Origin: Pocillopora damicornis
Lineage: Eukaryota
Direction: 5' to 3'
DNA: 64,000 nucleotides
Assembly: GCF_003704095.1 (NCBI RefSeq)
Contig: NW_020844379.1
Location: 1-64,000, forward strand
The notes under the pieces were generated by a model, which did not search any database, was not told where the DNA came from, and saw only the letters and a list, made by a program, of their open reading frames with translations. The number at the start of each line of letters is the position of its first letter. The first letter of the stretch is position 1. The position numbers were made by a program, and so were the translations under genes. Shown one piece after another: positions 26,126 through 40,692 of this stretch.

Positions 26126-28167
26126 TGAGTTCAGTTTAACGAGCTTTTTTATCGCAAATTTGTCACTTTTTTCGGAAAGCGAGAACTTCCGAAGTCTTTA
26201 CTTAAAGTTAAATGTTGTAGCTAATTTGATAAGTTAATTACAATGTTATTAACTGAGTTCTAGCATCCCATTCGAAAAAGGATATTTTACATTTAACTTA
26301 GCGAATAATCAAACTAAACCACAACTTGGTATGAAACGAAATTTTTCCGAAAAGCTTACACCGCTATGACAATTTCGCGGTACCCCCCTATTCAGCTAAC
26401 TCTTACGTGCTGCCCCTTAACCTGTTCTCCTCGCTCTCATCGGTCAAGTTCTGTCTTTTTGTTGCACCCTTAGACTCATAACCTCACCATCCTGCCCGGG
26501 TTAATACGCCGAGAAACCAGATGCAAGAAAAGATATCTGGGAAAAACTTGTTTCATATTTGAAATGGATGTCAGTATCCACTCGTTTACTTGAGTGTATT
26601 CTTAATGTAACACTGAAATTGTATTGAGATTTATTTTAGGTACTAAATAAGTTGCTCCGAAAGTATCTAAGAGTTAGCTCCTCGTTCAAATGCATGAAAG
26701 CGGACTCTTTTCTTTATTATTATTCGACCTTTCCCAGGCTCTCACGGTCAAGTGCCTTAAATCATTATTTGACATCTTCATCAAAGCGAGAAGTTCCAAA
26801 AGTGATCGATCATGACAATAAACCATTTACTTTGAGTGCTGAAGGAGTGCTTTACTCTGAGAAATCAAATGATAAAAAAGTATTCTACTGGGTACTTAGG
26901 CAAAGTAGTCAGCTCTCTAATTTCAAGTTACGCAGTTTAAAGTGATAAATTTCACAATAACAGGTGCTGGTATTCTGTTCGGATTGAGTGCTTTCATTGC
27001 TAATTATGGCTGAATTGTGAAAACAAAAAAAAGCTGTAACTTGAGTTAACTTGAGTTAAAATTCAAAGAAGTTGATAAGCCAATGCAATACGTTTCATCA
27101 AAACGTATTGCAAGCATTAAAAATTCGCTGGTTTTAAGATCGTGACGAAAAGGAAAAGAGACCGCGACCACCTGTTGAAAACTCAGGTGGTCTTGGCCTT
27201 GTCGTAGATGCAATTAATAGCCGAGAGAAATCGAGAAACTAAAAGTTTGTGTTGAGGCGCAGAACTCATAAAGGAGCTAGAAATGCAAAAACCGCGTAAA
27301 AAAGAACACTTAAAAAGCGAGCCATGGTATCCAAAATCGGATCGAACCAACCTATTATATAAAGGACGCCAGGATCATAACAGTCAATTTACCACTGCAG
27401 CCAGTTTTATAAAGCTGACAGTTGGGTTGTAAACACTCAAATCTCCTATTTCTTACACCACAATCTAGTACAGTTTGTTAAAATTTTCCTCGTCGGGCAC
27501 CACTTAAAGGTCTTTGACCTAAAGGTAAACACGATAGTCCGAGAAAATTCGCTTTCCAAGTTTAACTGTGGTTATTGTCGGAAATGACTTATCACGAAAA
27601 AAAATCTACGCAAGTCAATAATAATTCACCCCTGCACTCTTTAAAGGAAAAATGAACCCCTTGGTGGCAATAAAAATTATTTAGTGCTCGCGTCGGGTAA
27701 TTTTAGATCTACTATGACCAAGAAAGATTAATAAAATCAAAGCAACCACTTCGAGTGACCATCCGTTATAAAAGGAAACACTGACATTTCCAAGTTCAGC
27801 GTTGATCTCTCACTATCGGTGTTCTCCTCACACATTCTTAAACATCATTATGGAATATATTGAATAACGTAAGGGAGTTTATCTTCAGGGTGCACAGGCT
27901 AATACGGTTTGAGCAACGATTGGTGTTGCTCAACAACACGGCACCTGCACTGCCTTGAACATCAAAAATTCAGATGTTGTCACTGGACGGCTATTAACTG
28001 ACGAATTGACTCAACGAACACATGTTTGACAATGTTACGTGCGTAGACAGGAATTTAATTTTAGTCCTTCTGTGCGTGAAACCTTGATCCACATTTACGG
28101 ATTCAAACACAGTATTTTTTATCATATGATTTAGGGAATAATACACTGATGCTAAGTACTTGGAGAA

Positions 28168-29757
28168 ATGTCCAGTGAAGACAAGAAAGCGATTGCCACC
28201 AATGAACGCAACGAAGAAGACAAGCAATGTTGCCCGAATGTGAATCGGAAACTCTTAATTCCGAAAGCGTTTTACTTCTTTTTCTTTTCTGCCTGGGGAT
28301 CACTTCTGCCGTACTTAGCTTTGTATTTTAAACAGCTGATGCTTTCACCGAGCGAAGTAGGAATCCTTATGGGCCTGAAGCCGTTTGTGAACTTTCTTGT
28401 TATTCCAATATGGGGCGCCATAGTGGACAAATGTCAAAAGAGTAAAGTGGTTATGGTTATTTCTATCATCGCCTTAATTACATCCACTTTCACTCTAAGT
28501 TTGGTTCCTGGACCAAAAAAGAACAAAGTAGTGGTTAAACGATTTTGTAACATGACTGCTCCAAGATATTCTAGCCTGATTGACATACACAGACCCGTTA
28601 TTGATAGCCCAAACTTGGAGTTTCCCGAACCAGGAATTGACAAGATGGTGGATATAGGGAAAGGTCAAGAACACTATATGCCTTTCTTTTACAAAGGCCC
28701 CAAGCCTTGGTCTCTTGAACTTTTCATCAACTTAGACGAAAAGACCACTGTTAGGGTAGAATTGGATACAACACAGTGTTTTATGACATTATTTTTGATA
28801 ACCTTTTTCGGTACTTTGATTTCTGCACCGACGTTGGCTTTGGTCGACACAGCCACACTACAACTTCTAGGCTCGGAAACCTACAAGTACGGCATGCAGA
28901 GACTCACGGGATCGATTGGTTGGGGTGTCGGTGCTTTCGTCGTCGGCGCCTCCCTTAAAACGACCCACCAATGTGGTAAAGATAAAGACTACGAGATCGT
29001 AGATTACGTTCCCTGTTTTTATACTTTCGCTGGTTTAATGTTTCTGGGCTTGATAACGGCCACGCAGTTTAAATTTGAGGAGAAATCGAAGAAGTCAAAG
29101 GGAGCAAGTCTTAGTGTTGGGCTGCAAGCTTTGAAAAGTCCAACATATCTCATGTTTCTCTTCACAGCGTTATATTTAGGCTTTTTGATGGCATTTATAA
29201 AAACATTCCTTTTCTGGCATCTCAAGGATCTGGGTGGAAGTCAGCTACTTTTTAGCATCATTTCCGCAGTTAACTGTTTCGCGGAAGTCAGTATGTATTT
29301 TCTTTCCGCCAAACTAATCAAACGAATTGGTCACGCGAAGGTTTTATACCTAGGACTAATCTGTTACTCAATTAGATTGTTCTATTATTCAGCCATTCCA
29401 ATCCCGTGGATGGTCCTGGCTGTTGAGTTACTTCCTGGTATAACAACAGCAGCAGTCTGGGCTGCTTGCCTCTCCTACGTCAGCATCAACTCGGGACCTG
29501 GCGCTGCCACAACAATGCAGTGTATTTTGCATGGAGTGCACTGGGGCCTCGGTTACGGTGCGGGAGAGGTGATTGGAGGCATAATGGTGCATCATTACGG
29601 TGCGCCGACGACATTTATCATTTTCGGTGTTTTATGTCTAGTTATCTTAGGCGCATATATTTTAATTAACTACTTCTGCGGGTCCAGAGATGGAAAACAA
29701 GGCTGCAGTGCAGACTCTGAATACTCAGAAATAAGTGACGATGACAGTAAAAGATAG
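28168..29757 (+). CDS. MFSD6: MFSD6-like MFS transporter, paralogue 3 (529 aa)
   Basis: Complete ATG-to-stop intronless ORF. Motifs KAFYFFFFSAWGSLLPYL, FLFWHLKDLGG, LHGVHWGLGYG. Confidence 0.92.
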   Translation: MSSEDKKAIATNERNEEDKQCCPNVNRKLLIPKAFYFFFFSAWGSLLPYLALYFKQLMLSPSEVGILMGLKPFVNFLVIPIWGAIVDKCQKSKVVMVISIIALITSTFTLSLVPGPKKNKVVVKRFCNMTAPRYSSLIDIHRPVIDSPNLEFPEPGIDKMVDIGKGQEHYMPFFYKGPKPWSLELFINLDEKTTVRVELDTTQCFMTLFLITFFGTLISAPTLALVDTATLQLLGSETYKYGMQRLTGSIGWGVGAFVVGASLKTTHQCGKDKDYEIVDYVPCFYTFAGLMFLGLITATQFKFEEKSKKSKGASLSVGLQALKSPTYLMFLFTALYLGFLMAFIKTFLFWHLKDLGGSQLLFSIISAVNCFAEVSMYFLSAKLIKRIGHAKVLYLGLICYSIRLFYYSAIPIPWMVLAVELLPGITTAAVWAACLSYVSINSGPGAATTMQCILHGVHWGLGYGAGEVIGGIMVHHYGAPTTFIIFGVLCLVILGAYILINYFCGSRDGKQGCSADSEYSEISDDDSKR

Positions 29758-31104
29758 CTGTAGTGGAATAAAATGAACTCCAAAGAGAGCTTTTTGTGAA
29801 CGTTTATAACTTTCCTGATAATCTGCATTTTTGGAATATTTCAGCAGCATGGCTTCTAGCCACATTGAAGAAGCTTGCGTAATTTACTGAGGGAAATGTC
29901 TGATTTGTACAACCAACGTCAGATTCCCTATCAATAAAACTGAACTCAAGAAGAGTTCTTGGCGCTAAGTTGGTATTGTAAATCATTGCACTCTGAAAAC
30001 ATCGAAAACTATGTGGTATTTAACTCCCTCCAAATCCATTTACATCCTTTTTATTGTTACTAAACATGTATCTTAGAAATGGGGAAAAAATTGTTTAAAT
30101 ATACGGGTAGGGAAAATTGATGTTTCAATAGGAAAAAGACATTTTATCAGACTAAATAACGCCAAACTTGAGTTTACAAGCAGCCTTAATAGTTTTTCTT
30201 CAAAGCTTGCAACGTCAATTCTACCCCAAAATAACACCGTGAAGCATTGAGCATTGAACTTGTTTTAACAGATATTTTTTACAGACAAATTTTCATATTT
30301 GGAAATATATCGCAAAATGTATTAGAGATGTAGGAAGTTATGAAGACAAACAATTACAACTCTGATTACTCAAAAGACAACCAATCAAATAAACGTTTTT
30401 ATGATACAGCTCGACAAAAGAAGAAGTTGTGACCCCTCGGTCCCAGCTGAACTTGCACCCAAAGAGTCCAGTTCCCAAGATTCGTCGCATAATTTATTCC
30501 CGAACACCGTTTCGTCGCATGTTAGAGGAGACTTACAAGAGTTGCCCAAAAGAGAAACAAACCAGCTCAAAAATTTCAAAGATTTTATGCAGCATTTATT
30601 TCAAATTTCTTTCTAGTTCTGCTTAGATTAGCTGAGTAACTACTAAGATTACTACCAGCAAACATTTTTCATTCAGGCGTGACGGGTATGTAAGTAATTA
30701 CAACAGCTTTTGTTATGTAACTAAAGCTTCGCTCAAATGCTTTTTCCGGATGACAAAAGGCCATGCTTGCTTCAAAAACCTGAAAAGTGATTTGACTGAG
30801 AAGAGATACCTCATCTGACCCTTTAACCTATGCATTGAATACACTAATTATTGAACGAAGATTTGTGTGTTTACTCAAAAACACAGGCCTCTCGAAAAGA
30901 GGTATTTGTTTCCCTCAAACCCGCAGTAACCAGTGATCCACCTGCAAACAATCATCATTCATCTAATGCACACTTGAACTTGCACGTGCATTCGATAATT
31001 TATTCATCACGTTTGGCGACAAAAAGTTCAAAATCCTTGTTCAAAGCTTCTCTACATTACCGAATAGACTATATTAGAGTACAGTACACGGTATAAAGAC
31101 AGTT

Positions 31105-33042
31105 ATGACAGAAAATGCTCCGGATGAAACTCAAAAAGGTCATCATGACATTGAAGAAAGCGAGAAAAAGAAGGAAGGCTGTTGCGCTGTCAATAAGGTT
31201 TACTTGGTTTCCAAAGGATTCTATTTCTTCTTCTTCTCTGCCCAGGGATCATTGTTACCCTATTTGGCCTTATTCTTTAAACAACTCGAGCTGCCTGCAC
31301 GTCAAATCGGAGCAATTACAGGGATTAAACCTTACATCGCTTTCTTCTTCATTCCGTTTTGGGGATGCGTCGCTGATAGATTCAAGATAGGAAAGATAAT
31401 GTTTGTTATCTCTATGATCGCTCTCATAGCAGGCATGGTCGCTTATGCTCTTGTTCCCATCAATATCTGTGAATCAGAGCCAACAGAAGCTCACAGTAAG
31501 CGAGCCCTCTCACAGGAGTCCAACAGAGCGACCTACTCATATAAACTTCACAGACGTTCCACCTGGTATGCATCATCACAATCCCCAGTTACCAAATCAA
31601 CAACCAACATAGATACACAGTCAAGAGTCGTTGATATAGTGGAACCAAAAAAATCAAGATCAAAACGAGCGGCTCTTTTCCTACGGAGGCACTCCCACAT
31701 ACCTAATCTGATACAAAAAGTATCCCCGATAGGGTTAAACGAACAAATGGTAAAATTTAATCAGCTAACTGGCAGAGCAGCGCGACGAAAACGGAACAAT
31801 TTTACGACCTCCTTAGACAGCGTTTCAGAAATGGCTGACGAGTCCCTCGAGGAAACGCCTTGGTCTCAGTCAGATATGATAGCCTTGCAAGACCAGAAAT
31901 CCAAGAAAACTCTATCCAGAAAAAATAAATTTATTTTCCTCTATCTGTTATTAGCAACAATTTTCACCACCCTATTGTCGTGTCCTAGTCTAACACTCGC
32001 GGACACAGCAACTGTGAACCTATTGAAACAGAATGGCGACACGCACAAGTATGGTAAGCAGCGAATGTGGGGTTCCGTTGGTTATGGATCCATGGCATTT
32101 CTAATTGGTGCTGCGGTCAGCAAAACCCACCTGTGTCCTCCTGGCAGCGCAAGAAGAAAGGATGTCAACTACTATCCATGTTTTGCCATGTATGTGGTGT
32201 TTAACATCATTGCTCTAGTGGTAGGATCGAGATTCGAATTTGGTAAGAATGGTAAACCAAATAACAAAGAAACTGTTGGGGATCCGAAAACAACAGAAGA
32301 TAATGCACGTCAAAGCAAAGAGACGACTGGAAGCGGTAACCGAGGCATAATAGCGGGACTCATGCTATTGACACGACCAAGACATGCAATGTTTTTAGTT
32401 ACCGCGTTCTATGTCGGCATTACCATGGGTTTCATCCGGGTATTTCTATTTTGGCACCTGAAAGACCTGGGTGGCACTCAGATTCTCTTCAGTATCATGA
32501 CGGCAATCAACTGCGTTGCTGAAGTGACACTTTATTTTCTTTCTACGAAGTTAATTTCCTTTCTTGGCACTCTAAGGGTGCTCTACCTGGGGTTGACATG
32601 CTATGCCATACGTTTGTTCTACTACGCATTTGTTACCAATCCTTGGACTGTCCTCCCAGTTGAACTGCTGTCTGGCATTACCACCGCGGCTGTTTGGGCT
32701 GCCATGATGTCTTACGTGGGCACTCACTCTGTAGAAGGTGCCTCTGTGACTTTACAAGGTAAGTATCGTTAAGTTATAGAAGAGCTGCTCCATTTATCAA
32801 ATTATTATTTTTAAATTTTCCTGTCACGGTGCAATTCAGTTCATTCGTTTCCTTGTGTATCCTTGCTAGGTATTTTGCATGGTGTCCATTGGGGTCTCGG
32901 TCATGGATCAGGAGAACTCATCGGCGGACTGCTCATAAGCAGCTTTGGTGCTCCCACTGCATTTTCCATATTTGGATCGCTGTGCCTAATTTTAATGGGC
33001 GTTTATATTTTAGTTAACCGTCTGACAAATAACTTAGAATGA
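31105..33042 (+). CDS. MFSD6: MFSD6-like MFS transporter, paralogue 4 (~608 aa, two exons)
   Basis: Exons 31105-32758 and 32870-33042 with a phase-1 intron at TLQ-G|ILHGVHWGLGHG, which restores the last two TMs. Confidence 0.9.
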
Positions 33043-33203
33043 ATTGTACTTCACTGAAACAGCATCCTCAAATGAACCGGACATATTCGAAAACTATTAA
33101 CAAATTCTCACCAAATGAGATTACCATGATGTAAGCCACTTTAAACATTGCACAACATTTTCAGGCTTGATAGACAACAAATTGGCATCAAATTTGATAA
33201 ATT

Positions 33204-33344
33204 CCAGTTGTATAAAGGGCGTATAACGCTATGTAACGGATAAATCGCTATCCAGCGGATAAGTGATAGCTAAACGTATAGCGTTATCCACCTGGTAGAG
33301 TTTTATCCAGTAGATAGTGTTATCCAATCTTAGAACAACCGGGG
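33204..33344. mobile_element. MITE-like element, copy 1
   Basis: ~140 bp with ccagttgt...acaaccgg ends and internal tatcca/ggata repeats. Near-identical reverse-complement copy at 49752-49894. Confidence 0.75.
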
Positions 33345-36300
33345 TCTGGTTGTTAATTCGTTTCTTTAAAAGGGGCTTGTTGCAGTTAATCAAGGCTTTG
33401 GTTTATTTGATACTGAGAGGCATCATCGAATATTCTTAGAGCGAAAATGTACTTCCGTATATTCTTATTTCCAAAAAAAACTCACTGAGGAAAGTTAGTC
33501 CTTTTACGACCTTGAACGAACTTTGTCTGCGGCATTTTGTTTAGGATTCATCTCTGCTATTCTCTGCCTGTCCTGAAGCCAGTTCATATCACTTGCTTTG
33601 TGGTCTTTTTCAACCACCTAACCAGTCTCTATGGCTGGTCTGACAAAAATAAAGCGTGGGAAGGCAAACACGCAGAATTATGAAACGGAAACACTTATCT
33701 CTCCCGATTGCAAAACAAAACGGTGTCGTAGAAGTGTTGTAAAACCCTAGGGATAGGCACATTCTGAGTAAATAGCACGTTAAGTCGAAAAACTTTCTAA
33801 TTAAGTCATAGATGATTATGAAGTTAGTTTCCTTGCCTTACAAAGCCATACAGGGGTAGTCATAAACGTATTCTGGCTGCACAGGATGTAAAGTTATGTC
33901 ACAACATTTCATTGGGCCAAAAATGATCACGGCATTGTAGTTTCGTCTTTACAAAAGTTTTCTTAATTTGAAATTATTTAAAGATTAGAAATAGTAGCTA
34001 TTAAATTGAATTCGATTTCGAGATTTTTTTCTTTCCTTTCTTATCAAAATTTTCCTGCCAATTCGTGAAAATAAAGTCTCGATAACTATGCTTATAAGCC
34101 GCTCGGAAAGTTAAGTTACAATGGATTGTAGTCACGATAAGGTATCGAGAAATTTAAAAACTTTTGTGAGTTTAATTCGTTAAGTTAAGTCGCTATTAAG
34201 AAATGGACTACTTGTCTCTCCGGAAAGCATCAGTCCTAAACCTACGGGTTCAATTCAAATTCCGAGAACTATTCACAAGTTTTCCGCTCTGAAATAGACA
34301 TTGGTAGTTTCTCCGGAGGGCTGAAATCCTGAACTTACAGGTTCAAGTTTTTAAAAACTGAAGCTCTAAATACGTGTGAGCGCACTTTGATAAACTAAGG
34401 CTACCTTAATGTACCGGTCCATAAGATTCTGCGACCATACCTGATTGCGGAGACAAAACAGTTCCTAAAGCTGTGATTAAAGGACTTTACATCCTGTGAA
34501 AATCGCTCTGATATTGAAGTCAAGGATCATATGCTCGATTTCAACACAGTTGTTGGTTTTGTCACAAAAAACGAATCAGAAAGTTAAAAGCGATTTGTTA
34601 CACTGACTGGACTCCAGAAAGTAGGTTATGGAAAGTTTTTCAAATTGGCGTCGATATAATTAATTACTAGTTAAAACGATTTCAGCTAAATGATGGCCAA
34701 GCATGATTAGATTTTTGTAATGATGTAAAATAGAAATGCTTAAATCGTAATTTGTACTAAATCTTGACTTATAAAACAACAAAGTTGACACATAATTTCA
34801 GGAAGCTCTTTTAGACACCTTAAATGTTGTTTCTTTCGGAAATGTTGCTGTTTGTTTGTTTTTCTGTTTTTGGTTGATGGCCTTAATAATTTTGAAAATG
34901 ACCGTTCCATTCCACGCCTCCCCTCCCCTGGTTCATTCCTAGTTCTACCTCAAAATCTTTCTACATTTTCAGTATAGCTGAAACGTATTTATAAAGCAAG
35001 AATTTGGTGGAAATCTTAAGTCAAATCCTAACTCAAATCAAATCGTTATCCTCTTGACCTGCCAGTTCCGTTTACTCACGGTATTGACTTGTTCCTCACC
35101 TATTTGAACAGTCATCACTATGTTGAAGAGTACGGCTGATCTCGTTTCATGGCAGGAAATAACGCATGCTTTACATGTGCACACGCAGTAAAGGGTTGTT
35201 AGGATTACTCTTAAAGGAATTACTGATAAGGTGCATTTCAATCCAGTGTCGAAAAACCAAACCCAAAGAAATCGTACAAGCAACCAGTGAGAAGAACCGA
35301 AAATCAGGAGCTGGTGAGCACTCGAGGTAAAAATAAGCAAAGTGTCTTAAACGCAAGAAATCGTGTGTAAGCCAGGAACTAAAGATTTTAGTTTTGTATC
35401 TGATTGGTTGAGAAGATGACGTAACTTATCTAGACCAAATTTACAATTTTTAGTAAAGATAGAACCATGGAATTGCCGGTCATTTTTAAACATCCTATCC
35501 AAATTTTCTATAAAACCTTTCCATTATTTGTCTACCTCCTCATACTTACATGTTCTTACATGTAATGAAAGAAAAGGTTCTATGCCTCTAATTGCATATT
35601 GATTAACGGCTGTTTTCAGCGTAGACTACGTCCCAGTTTAAATTCTTACGCGAAAAGCCACGTATTTCTAAAAGAAATGTTGGGAAATATGGTGGATGGA
35701 GACTACGTAGCAATGAAAATGAAACCGCATCGAGAGGAATGCCTAAAGTAAATACATTTTTACTTAAGATGTTTCTTCTTTAGTTCTCCGATTGGCTTAC
35801 CCGATCAGCGTGAAAGCCCTGCTCAATTACGCAATTACAAGTTTCCAAAAACTTCTCTCAATTTGCCTAGCTTTCCACTCTGTTTAGGAAATTTGTAGAA
35901 CTGTTACGCCAAGCTACATGGTTACAATAAATGTGGGGAATCAGATTCTTTCGGGCCACTTTCGCTATTAAAGAAGTATCAGGTTGTAGGGTAACGTTCC
36001 AATAGGTTCCGTTGTATCTGCTATTTTGCAACGTTTTGGTGATGGTCTTCAGAAATAATTTTCTCCTTAAATTTGGTTTCCAACTTTTAATACTTTTGAA
36101 AGTGCCCTTAATTATGTATGGTGTTTCTATGGATACACAAGCAAATATGTAACACGCGTTGTGATTTTCAGCTCATTCTCCGCTGACAATTTATCCCAAG
36201 ATCGCTTTACAACCTGTAATATTCAAGAGAATGCAAGGTAAGTATTTTTGGCTTTCTCACTCCTAACTAAACTTATGGGTAAGCGGGGTTTTACTACATA

Positions 36301-37870
36301 CACATGACATACAACTCGGCAAAATTCCTTAGTGTCCACATGATGTTCAGCTTTACACTCGACAACGATAATACGAGAACATCGTCAAGTTACTGAAGAT
36401 AGTGGATTGTGAGAAAACATCATGTCTCTTGTGTGTTTTAGTTCTGACGAGGCAAAGAGATAAACTTTGGCGGGAAGCACTTCCAATTGACAGAGTATTT
36501 CTCGTTTTTGCTGCTACCTGCACTTTTAGTGACGCAGTGGTGAATAGTCTTACTCAATATCAATCTTGACAGGAGAAACACAGGTGCAACCCCGCGGAAG
36601 CTGTCAACTGCCACCTGCAGTCCTAACGCTTGTTCGAAGTGAGACCAGCAATTACCGAGACAATCCAACTCAAACGCTATTCTGCTCGTCTAAATACCAG
36701 AAAACTTAGGAATCAGCCCAGGAATTAATTGGCTTAGTAAGTATATTTCTGTTTTTTTCACCCAGTTTACCGGTTGGATTCTCAACGGCTCTCGAGCTCT
36801 TGTTAAATGAAATTCAGATAAAAAAGCAATGAGTTTACGTAAGAAAGTTTGGACTGGAGAGATACCTTCCGTTTGGTTAAGATAAGACTCTTAACATTTA
36901 GTAAAGTAAATAACCAAAATATCAATTATATAATTTCGTATACTGTTTTGGGAATGAAGGTTTGATTAGCTGGGGGTCAAGGGTTTCCGTTATGTGAAGC
37001 TGGTGTCAGGACAGGTTACTGGAAGGTACCGTTTCAGTCTCAGTAATTAGTAACTGACTAAGTATGTGAATGATATAAAGTTATTAAGATCTTGAGTTAT
37101 ATGTCATATATTTCACTCTTTACTGGCAAGGTTTGAGGCCTTCTTTTTACAGACAACCAAAATATGTTAAATGAATGTGATGATATTTCCTGTAACTCAG
37201 AAATCAAAGTAATATGTTCGATTATGATTTTTCTTGACCGTAGCACACACACAAAATTGAGGCTCCATAATTGGTATTCTGGCCATTTCTTTAGCTGATC
37301 GTGAGCTAAACTGTGATATGCTAGCCAATATGAAGGCTTATTTGACTCGCTGCTGGAATACCCTTCGAACTTTTATGAGGATGCTCCACCCATCCATATA
37401 AATCCTTGCCGCTTTTTGTACTACTTTTGGCTATCATTTGAGTTTGTTACAGCAGATTCAACAGTTTTGATTTCCGTCACATTTTGTGTTTGTTAAATCA
37501 TTACCATTTCCACATACAGTAAGAGGGTACCCTTAAGGATAACGACTAACAATGTAATGATCAGTCCGGTTCGTTGCGATTAATCAGCGAGCTGATGCAA
37601 TGTTGAGATACTGACCTCGCGCCCTGCCCGAAAAAAACCTTCCAGAGAGTTATTTCATGTCTTTCTTTGCAGAACTCACCCTCGAGGGTTTAACATTCCT
37701 TCTCGGCTACTTAGCCACACAATTGAATTCCACAACTGCCTACAAATTGAGAAGTACCCGATGGAACGAGAATCCAATAAATGTACGGCTAGACAGTGGT
37801 GGCGTTTGGACCAGATGCTGCGATAATTCCTTCCTCGTACTAAAGAGGAGGGACGGCGGGAGAGGCGGAG

Positions 37871-37908
37871 AGTAAGTTGCACAAGTAAGTTGCACAAGTA
37901 AGTTGCAC
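37871..37908. repeat. 13-bp tandem repeat (agtaagttgcaca) x3
   Basis: Directly visible. Confidence 0.8.
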
Positions 37909-38357
37909 TTCTTCTGGTGGAACGCCCCAGGGAAGGGAAGGAACAGATTCACTAAGCACGAACGAGGAGAAGCCTGAAATAAGGACCAGGTTTGGAACAG
38001 AGTAATGGTGGATATCTCTAATCTAGGACAAAGTACTTTTAATTATCTCTGATGTGGTTAGGTTTGCAAACGTGTATGAAGTAAGTCGCTGCAAACTAGT
38101 AGAAACTTAAATTTTCCGATATAAATCCATATGAGACTAGCAAACCCTATAGAGTTTAATATGCATCCCACATGCGCACTCGGCCAGATTCAGATCGTTA
38201 TTAACGGTAAAATCAAGTACGATTCTGTGTTAAAAAATTCTTAAGTAACGTAGGTTTTTATTTCCCATAAGCCATAACCACACTCTTCTCTATTGCTGGT
38301 TGTTTTCCTCGCAGAGCTCGGCTGCAAGCTGCCAGTCAAAGCCACCCAGTTTATTTC

Positions 38358-40302
38358 ATGAAAATGCCAAATAAAGAGAGTATCAGCTCTTGTCACCCAG
38401 ATGAAGAATCTAAACAACACAGCGACAAATTCCTTCGCTACAATTGCTTGAACCAGAAATATATTGTTCCAAAGATGTTTTATTTCTTTTACTTTGCTGG
38501 ACTTGGCGCCATAGTGCCATTTTTGCCCTTGTTCTATAAACAATTAGGTCTCCCGGCCAAACAGGCCGGAATCATCTCCGGTATTCAACCATTCATATCG
38601 TTCGTATTTACTCCAATGTGGGGAGCGTTATCGGACAAGACCAAGAGGGGAAAACTGGTATTCGTGATTTCGTTCATTGCTTTAGTAGCTGTTGGAATAG
38701 CTTTTCTGCTAACTCCAATGCCAACATGCAAACACAAAATGAGAGGAGACATTCATCGGGAATCAACATCTGCGAGAAATCAGTCTTTTATTAAAAACAT
38801 GTATCAGTTGATATCAGAATCGCAGAATCTTTATCGATGGTCAATGGGAAGGGAAGAACAGAATGATTTTCTTGTACTCAGTCACGAGCAAGCTGGTCGC
38901 CAGAACAAATTCGATGTATTTTTATACCTGCTATTAGTCAGTTTATTTGGTACACTATTCTCGTGCCCAGGCCTTGCTCTTGGTGATGCTGCTGCTGTAT
39001 GCCTCTTGCGGAATAACAACGATATACATCAGTATGGAAAACAGAAAAGATGGGCCTCAATAGGGTGGGGTTTGGCTGCGTTTAGTTTCGGTGCAATGGT
39101 GAGTGACAAATATTTGTGTCCGTTGGTACCTGGACAAAAAAGAACTATTGACTACAGTTTATGTTTTTATGGCTCCATTTCATTGAAGCTTTTAGCTCTT
39201 TTTTCAGGGCTTCGGCTTGATTTCGGTTTAAACGGTACAGACAGTAGTGATGACACGGTAAGGGAAAAGCACATTGGTGTTATGGCAGCGTTAGAAGCAG
39301 TGAGTCGTCCTCGTTACTTGGCATTCTTTGTAATTGTTCTTTACAGTGGAATGACTTTTGGCATGATCATGGGATTCCTTTTTTGGCACTTGGAAGACTG
39401 TTCTTCCCCACAGATAATGTTTAGCATAATACCTGTTGTGAGATGTATTGCAGACGTCATGGTGTACTCAGTGTCCCCTCACGTTATAACTAAAATAGGT
39501 GTGCATAATTTGCTATACCTTGTGTTGGCGTCTTATGTGGTGCGATTGACAAGTTATGTACTCATTACCAATCCGTGGTGTTACCTTGCCCTTGAAGTTT
39601 TGTCAGGATTAACTTCTGCAGGAGGCTGGGCAGGATTTGTGACGTATATTGCATATAACTCCGTGGAAGGAGCCCCTGCCACTTTACAAGGTGAAAACTT
39701 GCATTTCTGACCCCTGAGTTATGTGTTTTAAGAAGTACGTACACTTTTAGAGCTAAAATATATACCAGTGACCTGTCTTGATAAAAATATATACCAGTAG
39801 CCTGCCTTGATAAAGAGCGATTCTGGCAGTACCAGTAAATAGGGGCATAAACAAAATAGTTGTCCGTTTATAAAACCTGCGAGGAAATGCAAAATGAAGC
39901 AAAGTATGGTTTAACTTGGTTTTGACGTGAAGCGACGTTCTCTTCTTTACAAGTCTGTTGTTCCATTTTAAACCAGTCATAAACTACATCTCTTGATGGA
40001 AATTTCTAATTCTTCAGTAAATTTGAATTGTTGTTTAAAAAACAAGGACTTTAGACAAACGACCTATGGAAGCTTTCTATCCTCAATTCACGGAGGCCAT
40101 GTTGCTTTTCTCAACAGCTATGCTCCACGGTGTGTATCATGGAGTAGGTCATGGACTAGGGCGAGTAATAGGAGGTTTTCTCTTCAGTAGCTATGGAGCT
40201 CAAGTAACATTCTCTATATTTGGTGGCCTCGGGTTAATTATGCTATTGATGTTTGGGTCAGTTAACAAAATATTCGAAGATAAACCAAATGATCAAAGTT
40301 AA
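38358..40302 (+). CDS. MFSD6: MFSD6-like MFS transporter, paralogue 5 (~505 aa, two exons, divergent)
   Basis: Exons 38358-39690 and 40118-40302. The phase-1 intron is at the same position as in paralogue 4 (TLQ-A|MLHGVYHG). Confidence 0.88.
39755..39812. repeat. 29-bp imperfect tandem duplication in intron
   Basis: aaaatatataccagtgacctgtcttgata followed by aaaatatataccagtagcctgccttgata. Confidence 0.7.
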
Positions 40303-40692
40303 TTAAAACATCATGTGGATGCTGTGCGTTCACTATGTATATTTTGGTCGCTTTCGTTTTTTTAATGTTTTTACGCAACTTACATACACAAGTTTGCAGA
40401 AAGCTCAAATATGTTGTCTTACAAAGACAATTTAGGCAGAAATACTCGCATTGGAAGTTTTAGTTTTACTCAGCTGATTATCTAACGAGGAAAAATTTTG
40501 CTTACGCCAAAGTCAGCAACCGGATGACCAGTTAAATATTTTGTTTTTGTTGCTGTTACTATTGGAAAATATTTGATCAACCAATTTTACTCTGAAAAGT
40601 ACAACAGTAAACCGACTTTAAAATTATAACACATAATTGTATACCGGGAAGAATCCCAGAAATAAAAATGGAGCGAGATAAACGAATATATC

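Noticed and set aside
26088-37908. Short direct repeats as a possible CRISPR-like array
   Set aside because: Only three short copies each, no unique spacers of regular length, eukaryotic context and no cas genes.
36170-38315. Several AG/GT-bounded segments and ORF 37657-37875 upstream of MFSD6-5
   Set aside because: No coherent reading frame; more likely 5' UTR exons or intergenic DNA.
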